Part shown: in pieces, positions 49,701-58,700 of the stretch | Layout of the letters: each line of letters opens with the position of its first letter | Numbering within the stretch: the stretch's first letter is position 1 | Assembly: GCA_040954595.2 (NCBI GenBank) | Contig: CM082594.2 | Location: 2,312,247 to 2,376,246 of the forward strand | DNA: 64,000 nt | Source of the DNA: Balanoglossus misakiensis | Lineage: Eukaryota; Animalia; Hemichordata | Direction: 5' to 3' | Notes under the pieces: model-generated | Database searches by the model: none | What the model saw: only the letters and a program-made list of their open reading frames with translations | What the model was told of the DNA's origin: nothing | Made by a program: the position numbers and the translations under genes

Positions 49701-52259
49701 AAAAATTCCCCATTTCTTATTCTGCATCCTCTACAGTCATTCTCGACCATCAGCAAACTTCAAAACACCTGACCAACAATGGTTGAAAATCACTTCCTAA
49801 AGAAAATAATTTCTGATCGTCTGCCAGTCACTTGTTTCAATACAGCATTGAACAAAATATATTGTGCTTGTCACTAGCTTTTTACATACCTATGATCAAG
49901 GCACTGGAAGACAGAAAGGGATCTCATGCTGATATGTTTATGAATGGAATGTTTGCTGACAGCAACGTGTGTCATTCAATAAAGTACATGTTGAGTACTG
50001 TAAAACACTTTATTTTTGCGAGTTGAAATTTTTCACAATATCGAGAGAGGCCACTGTTTCACAAGTATTAATTTTCGTGCTCTCTTATTTCATTGACTGC
50101 ATCGTTATCTTCAAAAAAAATTATGCGACTTTTTATTTTCACGCTATTTTGGCTCTCGTGTATTTCGCGCAAATTTATTGCTCACGAAAATAAACAGTCT
50201 TACATTATTTCATTGGAGGCTATTTTAGTGGCTCTACTGACTGTCTGTATATTTATTAGCAGTATTTCCCGATCTGGCTCTGCCAATCAAAGCATCCCAC
50301 TGGACCGCAAGTAATAGCTCATTCTTATGTCACTACATTTAGTTGTGACCAGTCTAGCCACATCTTGCATCTGCAGTGCTTATTTTTGTGGTTTCATCTC
50401 TCATGGTCAACTTCGTTCATCTACCAGTTGCATTCAAGCACAGCCACACATTAGTGAAGTCTGGCAAGTGAGACTAATGGTAAAGTCGGCATTACTTTGT
50501 TATTGTTGTGCAGTATATTGCTTCTATTGATTATAACTTGAATACAAATGATTCACTATACATACCTTTCAACTTGAAGATCCAACTGCAACACACACAG
50601 TGCTTTCTGACCATACACAATGAGTAAGTCATGATGACCTGAAATTTGTAAAGACAAGCTTGAAAATATACTTCTGGGTTATTGTATTTATTGTTTTCAA
50701 TCTGTTGACATGTTAGAAGAACAGTTGGTAGTGATACACTATACAAGATGACTATATCCTGTCAATTTCTTTAAGAAATTTATAATTTAGGTGTGGGGAG
50801 CCTATTGCATATAGTGTACATAAGATCAGGAGGGCGAATGTTTTCGGGGGGAGGGGGGGGAGTCATCATATTTTAGTCCTGGGTGAAGAACCAATGACAC
50901 AAACTTGCCCACCCCCCTCCCCCACCCCCAGCAGTAAAAACTAAACAGTCCCTAAAGGCCTAGACACTCTTAACAGGTATGATACCCAGTAGCATTAGGG
51001 TTAATGACGTAGCACCAACTGGATCAATGTAAAAAACACTGGAGAAAAGCAAGGTAGAATGAAATCAGTCAAGGCATAGTACACTATACATAGACAACGA
51101 GAATCTTTGACAATCAGAGACAATAGACCTAACAATAACACAATGGAAAATTTAACATAAGAATAAGACCTACCAGTCTTGATGCCATGGATATTACACC
51201 ACTGAAGAACATTTTCTGTCAGGATAAGGTTTCCATGATTAATGGAATAAACTTTTAAATATGGTCCTTCTCCTGCATACAAAACACAAATGAATAAATG
51301 CATTTATGATACCATTTTGACATTTCTGCAACTTGCATTTCTACAGGGTATTCATATGAAAAGTTAAATAAATGAATTTACTCAACTGGTTTAGTATTTG
51401 TTTTTTTGACGACATCATAAGTAGGTTAAACATGGATAGTATGGAAGAGTCAAAGAAGTAACCAGGGGATAAAATTTAGTCCACACATGTACATATACAC
51501 TTGCATGCACATTTTGTACATGCTAAACCGTATTGCACGGTTCCGACTTCGATATGCAGATATGGTACGTTGCTGATACAGTTGCCGACATTCTAGTGAC
51601 ATTTGACATAATCCGACTCTAATATAGCCTAGGGGACAACCATTTGATTCGTGGGGGTGGATTTTTTTTTTGGGGGGGGGGGTGTTGGCAGATGGTGCAG
51701 ATAAACAAGAAATGCTTCTGGAATGCCTTGAAGAAAACATTGACTGGAAATCGAATAAAAATGTTGCTGTATTAAACAGTGGATCAAAAAAATTGCTAAC
51801 ACAACCCTCCCCTACAAATCATATGGTTCTCCCCTAATCATGGTGTGGTTGGTTTCCATAGCAACAAGCGACTTAAACAATGTTATTCCTTCTTGAGAAT
51901 TTGAAGTAGATTTGTATCAGCAGCTTTATCCCCAACATCCTCAATTTAGTGCCATTTTTGACAACATGGGCATTTTCCATAATGTCAATAACCAGTCCTG
52001 TGGGCTGAGCATTAATGCGGCTGTTTGCATGGCTCGAGTCGGATTTCACTAAACACTCCACATGTTGGTGCACAGTTATTGTGCAAAAGCCGTACTTACC
52101 GGACAAGATATGGTCTTGTTGAATTGCCAAAGCCGTGATGGGACCGGTGTAACTTGTTTTCTCGGAGGAGATAGACCGCTGGCTGACCGGCTGCGCTGGT
52201 GTCGACTGCCATTGTTTACATGACTTATCGCACATACTGTGTCTATCGTGTCTAAGCAT
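4687..52259 (-). CDS. WDR6: WD repeat protein 6 (Trm734 homologue, tRNA 2'-O-methylation cofactor); multi-exon, 3' exons lie beyond the left window edge
   Basis: Exons with in-frame GT-AG joins: 52259(or 52235)-52100, 51272-51174, 50638-50566, 49023-48960, 47706-47600, 47350-47203, 46344-46141, 45431-45369, 45131-45084, 44613-44550, 43395-43293, 42569-42418, 41713-41607, 40840-40655, 39797-39639, 37851-37774, 34682-34497, 9519-9390, 8293(or 8302)-7897, 7135-6624, 4830-4687. Peptides typical of WDR6: GEGPYLKVYS, DWIKDVQWLE, GHEGVIFS, SVSDDRSIRVW, GHIARVW, GDRRGSVHLF, CGGGHRS, SAGGRA, HQSGVNS, ASGGDDNAI, AHAAQITG. Confidence 0.88.
4976..5326. mobile_element. TTAA-specific palindromic MITE (AGGGACAAAGTCTCTCTC family; Kolobok-type non-autonomous)
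   Basis: TTAA|AGGGACAAAGTCTCTCTC ... GAGAGAGACTTTGCCCCT|TTAA with long internal inverted repeats; at least 9 copies in the window. Confidence 0.8.
6298..6551. mobile_element. Non-autonomous DNA transposon with TAG...CTA termini and 9-bp TSD (AcademH-like)
   Basis: TIR TAGTCTGGTCCCCTGCCCC; TSD TAGAGCAGC at 6289-6297 and 6552-6560; second copy at 48414-48804. Confidence 0.75.
7221..7345. repeat. (TATG)n microsatellite
   Basis: About 30 direct TATG units. Confidence 0.95.
8294..9389 (-). other. Probable U12-type (minor spliceosome) GT-AG intron of WDR6
   Basis: Donor GTATCTTTT at 9389-9381; branch site TCCTTAAC at 8314-8307 just upstream of two in-frame AGs; no poly-pyrimidine tract. Confidence 0.65.
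8705..9050. mobile_element. TTAA MITE, AGGGACAAAG family
   Basis: Same TIRs, TTAA on both flanks. Confidence 0.8.
10522..12010 (+). pseudogene. Tc1-family transposase pseudogene (frameshifts, stop, internal MITE); D-to-E spacing of 42 residues
   Basis: HTH segment (MLKVRELPEF...RSGRPRRTT), WSDESKF, GGSVMLWG, FQQDNAPVH and WPAQSPDLSPIENLW spread over several reading frames. Confidence 0.88.
10886..11343. mobile_element. ~455-bp MITE inserted in the Tc1 transposase
   Basis: Inverted GTCGTTTCGGC / GCCGAAACGAC subterminal repeats; duplicated CCGAAATT at 10878-10885 and 11341-11348; removal restores KKKPKLHPRH. Confidence 0.75.
12904..13998. mobile_element. TTAA-flanked non-autonomous Kolobok-type element with a nested hairpin element (~12955-13541)
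   Basis: TTAA|AGGCACATGAGCTGCAAC ... GTTGCAGCTTACGTGCCT|TTAA; TIRs match at 16/18. Confidence 0.7.
14200..14539. mobile_element. TTAA MITE, AGGGACAAAG family (left end degenerate)
   Basis: Homologous to 4976-5326; right end GAGACTTTGACCCT|TTAA. Confidence 0.7.
15252..15437. mobile_element. PIF/Harbinger-type MITE
   Basis: TTA|GGGGAGAACCATTTGATT ... AATCAAATGGTTTCCCCC|TTA; related copy at 51632-51834. Confidence 0.65.
15555..16961 (+). CDS. Intronless TRIM2/3-like E3 ligase: RING + filamin + NHL repeats, lacking B-box and coiled-coil; nested antisense in a WDR6 intron (start may be the ATG at 15573)
   Basis: RING CSICLE..PKALPCLHTFCQRC..CPEC; filamin DNRDGTHRV..GSP; NHL repeats (GSRGSAEGQYDNPWSVA, GKFHWPWGIVV, SPTGMAL). 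Confidence 0.88.
   Translation: MQCTYKMSAGSRFLREVGEDLCCSICLELFETPKALPCLHTFCQRCLVALVANTRSLTCPECRQQYRLPGNGIPGFKTNFLIAKLTESFKQRQLETALCISKCTVENTPKQLLKGDSAHLLITTRDSTGKQVLPTQPVKAKVRKPDASWEDIKVSDNRDGTHRVTVNGQMDGKYQVAMTIGDQAIPGSPVIIPVIKRLVQTIGSRGSAEGQYDNPWSVAINKDKDIVTTDTYNNRLQITTREGRVKKILKFTQFDKPFRPRDITISSDNTHYSLDDNNMQVVVSDENGRVIRCFGQNELKDPFGISISPVNGNVYVTDKGGQCVRIYTQHGKYIRSFGSVGESQGKFHWPWGIVVGRSGMVFVADSDNMCIQVFNSDDQPLYSFDCQSGDGQLRDPRGIIIENDKYVYVSTDSPSSILKFESGGKFVCRIDRDEDQLYSPTGMALTDDAPCRVVVAVTSSHCIKVFEQ
17438..17497. repeat. (CA)n microsatellite
   Basis: About 30 CA units; much shorter in the duplicate at ~26150. Confidence 0.9.
19582..21090 (+). CDS. Intronless CoA-dependent acyltransferase (condensation / alcohol acetyltransferase / PapA5-like fold), copy 1
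   Basis: 502-aa ORF with catalytic FHHSLTDG (HHxxxDG, H190-H191/D195), GPLWN, FWKLAR, YISNAG and GKLMVSLQY. The N-terminus is Arg/Ala/Leu-rich and acid-free, resembling a mitochondrial presequence. Confidence 0.82.
   Translation: MFLAILRAQAITKAPVLARHGKFAAAMQIPRFITSQGTNDRTALAPYIRKMNAPERLFDVLSEYRLWPVVIHLQLNCKVEITKDIVHKALDNLRKKHSALSSRVIVLHDEDGRETDRCFAEMTNGGSVDLRVSGLTVNDDVGTAISRSGSNAINRLQGPLWNCTILQGEWTKNDTGDRESYKAAVTFQFHHSLTDGVGASSYVNQFVENLNDIVDGSFETNIQQRIQRVPFPRPAQDLIATPETISVTEKDNDKMLVESAQPSGFSDISDDYDTNVETKCITFEISENLLSKLKQLTRQHNVNLNSTLLALFLSAFAKIVNNGKPMDVKLDVARTLRKNFKENFTDLGLYNTTEKLTTNVNQASIGDEYFWKLARRLKENLDDRVSGPPPISQLTEFQYDRTRELIQLAKQQNNPIKDTLYISNAGQLTFLECHNDRKVSVEKIHRGTRGTLLGTCAIGIAGLSGKLMVSLQYDTNNDMHRRGTAMLYTEEIKRMFESISLV
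21091..21300. mobile_element. Partial TTAA MITE (AGGGACAAAG family) at the acyltransferase stop codon; duplicate at ~30929-31135
   Basis: GTTTAA|AAGGAACAAGTCTTTCTCTCTCGCTGCCC is homologous to the family. Confidence 0.7.
22781..25660 (+). pseudogene. 5'-truncated duplicate of the TRIM-NHL gene (NHL repeats only), disrupted
   Basis: Lacks RING and filamin. Carries a 2-kb insertion at 22914-24960, a TTA->TAA stop near 25071 and a 2-bp insertion near 25086. The residual ORF 25088-25660 is nearly identical to copy 1. Confidence 0.85.
22914..24960 (-). mobile_element. Helentron/Helitron2-like non-autonomous element (HINE-type)
   Basis: Inserted in a T-run (minus strand) with no clear TSD, judged against the empty site at ~16263. 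One end has a perfect 15-bp hairpin (24927-24960). The other end has the subTIR GGGCCCAAGC plus the short palindrome GCTGCAAGCAGC. Confidence 0.65.
27974..29128. mobile_element. Non-autonomous Kolobok-type element with TTAA TSD, ~290 bp upstream of acyltransferase copy 2
   Basis: TTAA|AGTGGAACG ... CGTTCCACT|TTAA; empty site CATATTAAACAATG in unit 1 at ~19287-19300. Confidence 0.88.
29420..30928 (+). CDS. Intronless CoA-dependent acyltransferase (HHxxxDG), copy 2
   Basis: Intact 502-aa ORF with 8 amino-acid differences from copy 1. Confidence 0.82.
   Translation: MFLAILRAQAITKAPVLARHGKFAAAMQIPRFITSQGTNDRTALAPYIRKMNAPERMYDVFSQYRLWPVVIHLQLNCKVEITKDIVHKALDNLRKKHSALSSRVIVLHDEDGRETDRCFAEMTNGGSVDLRVSGLTVNDDVGTAISRSGSNAINRLQGPLWNCTILQGEWTKNDTGDRESYKAAVTFQFHHSLTDGVGASSYVNQFVENLNDIVDGSFETNIQQRIQRVPFPRPAQDLIATPETISVTEKDNDKMLVESAQPSGFSDISDDYDTNVETKCITFEISENLLSKLKQLTRQHNVNLNSTLLALFLSAFAKIVNDGKPMDVKLDVARTLRKHFKENFTDLGLYNTTEKLTTNVNQASIGDEYFWKLARRLKENLDDRVSGPPPISQLTEFQYDRTRELIQLAKQQNNSIKDVLYISNAGQLTFLECHNDRKVSVEKIHRGTRGTLLGTCAIGIAGLSGKLMVSLQYDTNNDMHRRGTAMLYTEEIKRMFESISLV
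31718..31920. repeat. 69-bp minisatellite (~3 units; ~2 units in the duplicate at ~21880-22010)
   Basis: Unit AAACATTATACTTCAGTGAA... starts at 31718, 31787 and 31856. Confidence 0.8.
35150..37729 (+). mobile_element. Decayed L2/CR1-clade non-LTR retrotransposon with (GATT)n tail
   Basis: RT fragments NYRPVSNL, QSAYRKDHSTETAL, LLDLSSVFDTIDH, YADDNQLY (~36761), KLDYCNALL and LHWLP. The 3' stem-loop TGTAAAGCGC...GGCGCTCTATAAG is followed by (GATT)n at 37688-37729. Confidence 0.88.
38172..39480. repeat. Hairpin-terminated interspersed element (Crypton-like?) with an internal ~235-bp direct duplication
   Basis: ~60-bp-arm hairpin at 38173-38314 around GGCGAAGCCG; 38796-39028 is repeated at 39116-39349. 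Confidence 0.5.
41120..41321. mobile_element. Palindromic MITE
   Basis: TATGGGGGTCACACA..CACCATTAAGACG / CGTCTTAATGGTG..TGTGTGACCCCCATA. Confidence 0.6.
42090..42290 (+). mobile_element. Short non-LTR retrotransposon ORF2 fragment
   Basis: Translates NAVLDSGNFPTAWATGVIAPIHKKG, the pre-RT segment of LINE ORF2. Confidence 0.55.
42749..42840. repeat. (TACA)n microsatellite flanking the Penelope-like insert (resumes at 43081)
   Basis: Direct TACA units. Confidence 0.9.
42936..42986 (-). ncRNA. Minimal type I hammerhead ribozyme copy with core mutation CUUAUGA (G5U)
   Basis: Minus strand reads AGTCTC-CTTATGA-GTGAGTC-TAGT-GACTCAC-GAAA-CAGCGTT-GTA-GAGATT; 6-bp stem I is fully paired with one G-U. 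Confidence 0.65.
42997..43045 (+). ncRNA. Minimal type I hammerhead ribozyme (intact core)
   Basis: CTGATGA (43002-43008); stem II GTGAGTC-TAGT-GACTCAC; GAAA (43027-43030); short quasi-palindromic stem III ACAGCGTTGT; cleavage triplet GTA (43038-43040); imperfect stem I. Confidence 0.75.
44039..44289. mobile_element. Internally deleted MITE, AGGGACAAAG family
   Basis: Both TIRs present. Confidence 0.7.
46683..46980 (-). mobile_element. Non-LTR retrotransposon reverse-transcriptase fragment
   Basis: LVDEQNNFR...FACFVDMRKVFDRV...KLHEYGI...SLY, RT motif region. Confidence 0.7.
47351..47599 (-). other. U12-type (minor spliceosome) GT-AG intron of WDR6
   Basis: Perfect U12 donor GTATCCTTT (47599-47591) and branch CCTTAAC (47366-47360), ending 9 nt before the splice junction. 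Splicing gives the in-frame CIL/YSA. Confidence 0.85.
48414..48804. mobile_element. AcademH-like non-autonomous element (TAG...CTA, 9-bp TSD)
   Basis: Same TIR as 6298-6551; TSD AATCTGATG/CATCTGATG. Confidence 0.72.
51632..51834. mobile_element. PIF/Harbinger-type MITE
   Basis: GGGGACAACCATTTGATT ... AATCATATGGTTCTCCCC, related to 15252-15437. Confidence 0.55.
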
Positions 52260-52480
52260 TCGTTTCGGAATGATCGTCCCACGCCTGTGTCAGCTTGTGC
52301 AACCAAATGTCAACGGTGATTTGCCGCGAGACCTAATACATGAACATGAAACTGACGTTACGCTTTCAGGTAGCACGTTTCACGTGCGCCGATCACGAAG
52401 GCGATGGGCGCCGCCATTTTTAGATATGCCGAAGTTAGCAGCGTATTCGGGTTCGAGTTCGAATAACGCCGATCCCCACC
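52260..52480 (-). promoter_or_regulatory. Putative WDR6 promoter / 5' UTR (CpG-rich; YY1-like CGCCATTTT and E-box CACGTG)
   Basis: Local CpG enrichment immediately upstream of exon 1; CGCCATTTT at 52412-52420; CACGTG at 52381-52386. Confidence 0.45.
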
Positions 52481-52662
52481 AAAATAAAACATTTTCGCCA
52501 TTAATTTGAAATTATTTTATTATTTTTATTTATTTAAACATTTTTCTGTAACATGTGATTGTTATTATTTGTCCCACAGTAGCGTGGAAACTGTGCGTTG
52601 TTTAGACGGCGGTCGCCGTCTAAACAACATTGGTAGTTTCCTAACGACTGTCGTACTGTTTG

Positions 52663-53182
52663 ACGATGCTGAAGTTAGTGTCGATTTCGGATTCGGATTC
52701 AGTTTCGGATTCGGTTTCGGATTCGGGTTCGAGAGACTGAAAGTAGTTAAGCATTTTCGAGCGACCATCGCGACCATACGAGTATGAAAATAACTCTGTA
52801 AAATATGAATATATTTGATCAAACTCTCTCGACATGTTATGTATGATATTTTTGGCACCAAAACACTGTTTTTTTCACATCGGAAATTGTTAAATACATA
52901 TTTTATTATCGAAAAACATACTTCAATGGTAGAAAGATAATATTTTGTAATTTTCGGTTTGAATAAACATTTTTGGGGTGAGAAAAATGTCATACATAAT
53001 AAGTACAGATTAAATCAAATTTATTCGTGTTTTAGTAAAGTAATTTTCATTCTTGTACTGCAGATGCCTAACCGCGATGGTTGCCCGAAAATGCTAAACT
53101 ACTTTCAGTCTCTCCAACCCGAATCCGAAACCGAATCCGAAACTGAATCCGAAACCGAATCCGAGTCTTACTTCAGTATCGT
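52663..53182. mobile_element. MuDR-like MITE with 9-bp TSD and hexamer-repeat TIRs
   Basis: TSD TACTGTTTG (52654-52662, 53183-53191); ~120-bp TIRs containing (TTCGGA/TCCGAA)n. Confidence 0.75.
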
Positions 53183-53441
53183 TACTGTTTGCATGCGATC
53201 ACTAAACGGCGCCCTCTGGAGAGACAATACGAATATTTAGACGTGACTTTTTTGGGGGTATTTGCCAGGCAAATTCTTGTCACTGATATGGTGTTTCAAC
53301 TTGGTAACGGCAGTGCCAGGTTTTATTGAGGGAAAGACAGAAGTAACAGAACAGGCACATCTGATTTTAATTACTGTAGACTGGTTCAACTCATAGCCAG
53401 GTTCATGATATTTGTGGTAGTGAAACATGAATCTGATTTGA

Positions 53442-53490
53442 TAGCCCGGAGACACAGGCGATGATCTACTATGCCTGTGTCTCCGGGCTA
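53442..53490. mobile_element. 49-bp micro-transposon (TAG...CTA termini, 9-bp TSD)
   Basis: Perfect 18-bp TIR TAGCCCGGAGACACAGGC with a 13-bp spacer; TSD CTGATTTGA on both sides. Confidence 0.75.
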
Positions 53491-54617
53491 CTGATTTGAT
53501 AACACCTGTTGTGAATCTCTGAACACCAATATCAAATTAAATCTGCTCAAACTTCCAGCAAGTTTTTTTTTTATTCTTCACAAAAACACGGACAAAAAAG
53601 GTGACTTTCCAAGATGCTTTATTACACATATTCCTTCAGCAGCACTATTACTGCATGTAAGATGCAAGTTGTAAAGAAACACAAAGCAGAAAAGCCGACA
53701 CACATATTACCTAATATCCTCACACACTGACAGAGACAGCTATATCTCTTTCAATAACAGAATAATGCTAGTGTCAAAACTGCATGGGTGGTGGTACATT
53801 TCATCTATGACACAAGAACAATTTACAAAGAAGAAGTCCAGGACTCGCATGTCATGCTTCATATTCCAACAATAAAAGAAAGAGACGCACTCTGCTAACA
53901 TCGCAATTGGACATCACAAAATGTGGTCACCTCTAATTTCCATATGCCCATATATGGTCAAAAAGGGCATGTCCAAATCTTTGCATGACCATCTGGTGCC
54001 ACCTACTGAAAAACTGTGATTGGTCATATTTCAATTTCCCAGACTTAGGTATGCCTTCGACCCCCTCCCCTTTCAAAAAGAAACTCTTGGGTTGTTCTGC
54101 AGGAATAAAAATTCCACACACTTGATGAATGACAGCAATAGGATTGTATAAGAATGTCCCATATCAACTACGCTCCAGTTTGAAGTTGAGACAATGTGTT
54201 TTTCCAACAAGGAACAACACACATGGAATAAAAAAAATGCTTTTCTAGCATTTATCTTTTTACAACAGAACGGAAGTTACATTGTTTGATTGTCAACAGA
54301 TGACTGCAAACTCAGCAAAGTAGACTTGATTCAAAATGTGACTGGTTGTCTGAATTGTGTGTTGGACCTGAGCTTTAAAGATGTGATGGGATGGCTATTG
54401 AATTATGTACAATTAAATTAGTTCATGCAACTTCAAAAATTTAGCACTTCTGAAACAAGCGTCGATTATAGAGAATACATATCTGAATATTGCACAATTA
54501 ACATTTGTTAGGCGTATTTTACCTTACATATTACTACACACAGTACTGAGTTGACATTCATCATATTATCTATTTATCTGTGGGACCTTGTGTGTAACAT
54601 GCAATTTACCTCCTTAA

Positions 54618-54846
54618 AGGGACAAAGTCTCTCTCTCGCTGCCCTTTTTTTCCATTAATTTTGTTTGATACAAGACACCGTTTACGTTAATGTTCATAAG
54701 GATATATATCAATGATCAGCCACACACACCTTCCATCCTGCTTGTATGTGTGTGGTTGAATATTCATTCAATACATATACACAATGTACATTAACATAAA
54801 CGGTGTCTTGTATCAAATATAATTAATGGAAAAAGGGCAGCGAGAG
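54618..54846. mobile_element. TTAA MITE, AGGGACAAAG family (in the V-ATPase a 3' region)
   Basis: Left TIR follows TTAA; internal palindrome. Confidence 0.7.
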
Positions 54847-55795
54847 ATAATTTGGAAAGAAAACAACTCAAATATAAAAGTAATCATGCATACAATTTCT
54901 GAACAAAAATAAAAGAAAATGTCCCCACAATTTTATTTTCAACACACTTTCCACATATCATATCATAAGCACTACTCTTGGTCTCTGCAAACCAAACCAA
55001 CCCGTAATTAAAGCAACTGAACAACCGGCTTTACGAAAGTGTTTTTTTAACCATAAAAAGCAAATATTGTGCCCAAAATATATATTGAGAATTTTATCAT
55101 TAATTTTACAGTTCACCATGAAAACAAATCTGGGTACATGAAACTACAAACCACAGTTGAAGGCCATCAAAAGTTGAGGCCATCTGACTAAGGAAGAGTT
55201 TATGACCAAAATTGCAGAAAATGACAAAATTAGCTAAAAGTGAAGCCTTTCTGGTAAAGCAGAGAAATGAAAAGAAAGAAGACGTCTGACCATTTGTAGA
55301 CTTTTGGTAGAGACTGTATTTCAACAAAATCTTCTTACAATCGAGCATGTATCTACACATCAAATGTCACAAGGAAACATGCAACTTGGTTCCAAAATGT
55401 TAGAAGACAATATGGCCATAAACACAATGATACATACATACAGGCAAAACATTGGTGCAGACTGATCAGACCCCACAAGCTTCTATAGTATATAACGTAT
55501 ACATACACCAAATGGAAGTTCAAAACCAACATGGCTTCAAAATCTTTTCATTAGAGAGATACACCGTTTAAGATAACATCAAACCAACATATATTGCAAA
55601 CAGTGAAAATATTACCCCCATAAACTACATTTAATAAACAGTGAAAATAAGCAAGTCAAACTTGTTTGAACTTTGGTTCAACACAGTCACGATATTTCTG
55701 TCACAATTTGCTCTTCTAATAATATATTAGAGGAATTACTGATCATTCCATCACTTCAGAAAATACTGTTTTTTTTACTTCTGCTACATGCATAT

Positions 55796-58700
55796 TTAAT
55801 CTTCTTTGGATTCCATGATGATTTCAAATGAGAAAGGAGCAAAAAGATGACCATCACCGACGTAGAATTTATTCTGGAATTCCACCCTGAAAAAAAGATG
55901 AATGAACATTTGCATTATATTTATCTATTACAGACAGACATCAAATGACACCAGTCAAACTCAGTGACAGAAAAATTAGTGATACCATCAAGATGCACTT
56001 CAAGTTAAAGTTAAAAGTAACTATACAGAAGCTGGATTTAACATTAAATAAATTCCCTGAATGAATACAGCTATATGTGTGTATACAGCTGCAAATACGA
56101 GTGAATGCAACAGAAACGATGCATCTCTAAAGATACTAGTGTATCGCCAGTGCCGCTCTGGCCAGCAACATGCCAAACAACATAGCGCAATATTATGCAA
56201 TACATAAAAACGTGTAGTACGATGTTGCAATATAAACAGATTCGTAGTGTGATTTTTGCGCACAGTAATCTAAATACTGCCAAACTCCCTCCCCCCCCCC
56301 CCCCCAACACAGAAATCACTTAACTTGCATTTGTTTTAATTATCAACAGTGCTTAAAGAGACAAAGTCTCTCTCTTGCTGCCCTTTTTCCATTAATTATG
56401 TTTGATACAAGACACCGTTTGTGTTAATGTACATTTGTACATGTGGATACATAGTGAATCAACGTTCAACCACACACACCTTCCATCCCGCTTGTAGAGA
56501 GTGAAAAACTCACTAAAATGAATAATCGGTGTTTACCATTTATTCGCTTTGGGCGAGATTTTACCCTCATATCATACAAACGGGATGAAAGTTGTGTGTG
56601 GTTGAACGTTGATTCACTACATAAACACATGTACATTAATATAAACTGTCTATTGTATCAAACATAATTAATGGAAAATGGGCAGCGAAAGAGAGACTCT
56701 GTCCCTTTAAATGAAGTGGAAACAAGAGTAGAACTTACCAGTGCAGACGTAGAGCGTGCAGAAAAGCAGAGAGGCCTTCCATAATCAATAAGATAGCAAC
56801 AGTGAGGACTGCCCAGAATGCAAACACTCCAAATAGAACAACACTTCCAAAATAGCCTTCTATAGACAAACCAATGCGCATTACCATTTCCCACAACACC
56901 AGGGATAATTCTAAGAGAAAAAAAAAATTATACAATGTGTAAGTTGAAAGCCAACATGTATGAATAAAAGAGGAGGGTTCAATACCTTTGCTGCTTTTAT
57001 CTCATGAACTGGCCCAGATCACCAACTGTGTGATGTAGACCTCTACAGATCAAAAGTCCGTATCACCCCTGTTCTATGTCATCAACCAAAGTTATTTCCA
57101 CCAAGCAGAATTTCAAGTATATGTACTGGCATTTACAGTACAGTTTGAAATGAAACAAATTTGACAAAATGAATAGACAGGTTGAATTTGGAAAGAAGAC
57201 AGTCGACACAACAATCACGGAAATGTGTATGTACAAATGTAGGGGAATTCAGTCCGAAGTTCAGCAAGCATATTCGAGGAATAACTTTGAGCCAGCTCAG
57301 TGTGGCGACTCAAAGTCGAACCCTCTGTTTTACCGTTCATCCAAATTTATAAGACATGGAGACTGGGTTGTTGGAGGGTGTAGGTCTGTGACCAACAAGT
57401 TCCATAAAGTGAAAATTGTATTATATTATATCATGCTACCGTCCGCGATTCTGATTGGACGAGAGCTGAATCCAGCGATGGTAAAATACTGTTTTACCAT
57501 GGCTAGCAGTGGTAAAACGGGCCCCTGAACTAGCATTCGGCAGCAAAAATGTGCGGTTAAACCACAGTCGCGCGAGTTTAAACAAAATAAGTAAAACAAA
57601 AATACTGTTGAATTAACGGAACTGCTCTGTGGATATATTTGTCGCTTTGCCAAGCGCGATGCCCGTCTTGTCACTTTTTGTCGTCTGCTTCATGTTTAAT
57701 GCTCGATCCCGGCCGCGCGTGTTTACATTCGTCGTCGCCATTTTGGTTCACGATCGTAATTTCTCTTTCTGACGCCGTTTCGGTAAGAAAATGACACTGA
57801 TATGCCACAAAAACAGTTGTTGATATAATATAATAGCAATAACCCCCGCCTCAGTCGGGTATACACTCGATTTGGGTACAATTCGCTCCATATAGCACTC
57901 GCCTGACGGCTCGTGCTATATGTCTCGAATTGTACCCAAATCTCGTGTATACCCGCCTGCGGCGGGGGTTATTGCTTAATTCTTCGACATCAAATGACGT
58001 CAGACGCGCTCAGACGGCAGTTATGTTCGCATTCAAATTTCCAGGTGACGGGCAACTTCAACAATGTGGTCCAGACAAAGACAGTGCAAACGAAGCAATG
58101 GGGCTGATAAGGCACCATACCTGATACATGTTACGTGTCTGGCGGTTCTAAAGTAAAAACATACTCGGAAAAAAACTTTTTCTGGATGCCAAAATATTGC
58201 TTGCCCGTCATCTGGAAATGACAGCGCCATGGGACACACGTTTTGCAGGAAACCATGGCTCTCACTGAACAAAAGTCAAACTGAGATGGTTAAACATTTC
58301 CTCCTTGAGAGTCAAAAAGTAGACCACAAAAACACAAGATGTTTGTTGTCAGCTTACCTGCATGAGCCAGACTGAGAGCCCAGAGACGAAGATATGAAGC
58401 AGTGTTGGAGATACATCCCAGGCAAAACTCAATGGTGTGGATACATTGCAGAATGAACACATCAGTAAAATCAAACTGTAAACAAAATCATTATACATAA
58501 TTTTCAATAATGTGTTTGATTAAGGATGTACAAATTGGTAAAAGTACTGTCATTTCTATTAATTTGTTTGTTGTTTTTTTTTTTTTTTTGCTTCTTGAAG
58601 TTCTTCTTTTAAAATTGTAAAAATGTGTACTAAAACCATTCTTGTTTTGACATACACAGCTGTGAATTTAACTAAAAAATCCAGGCTGAGTCAACATTTT

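Noticed and set aside
52358-52417. AAAATGGCGGCG strong-context ATG upstream of WDR6 (minus strand)
   Set aside because: It gives only a 19-codon ORF not in frame with WDR6; more likely a YY1 site or uORF.
52440-52480. GGTTCGAGTTCGAAT, tRNA B-box-like
   Set aside because: No cloverleaf or A-box at the proper spacing could be built.
52565-53240. ORFs with ESET/GFGF/PNPK repeats
   Set aside because: They arise from the hexamer repeats in the MITE TIRs.
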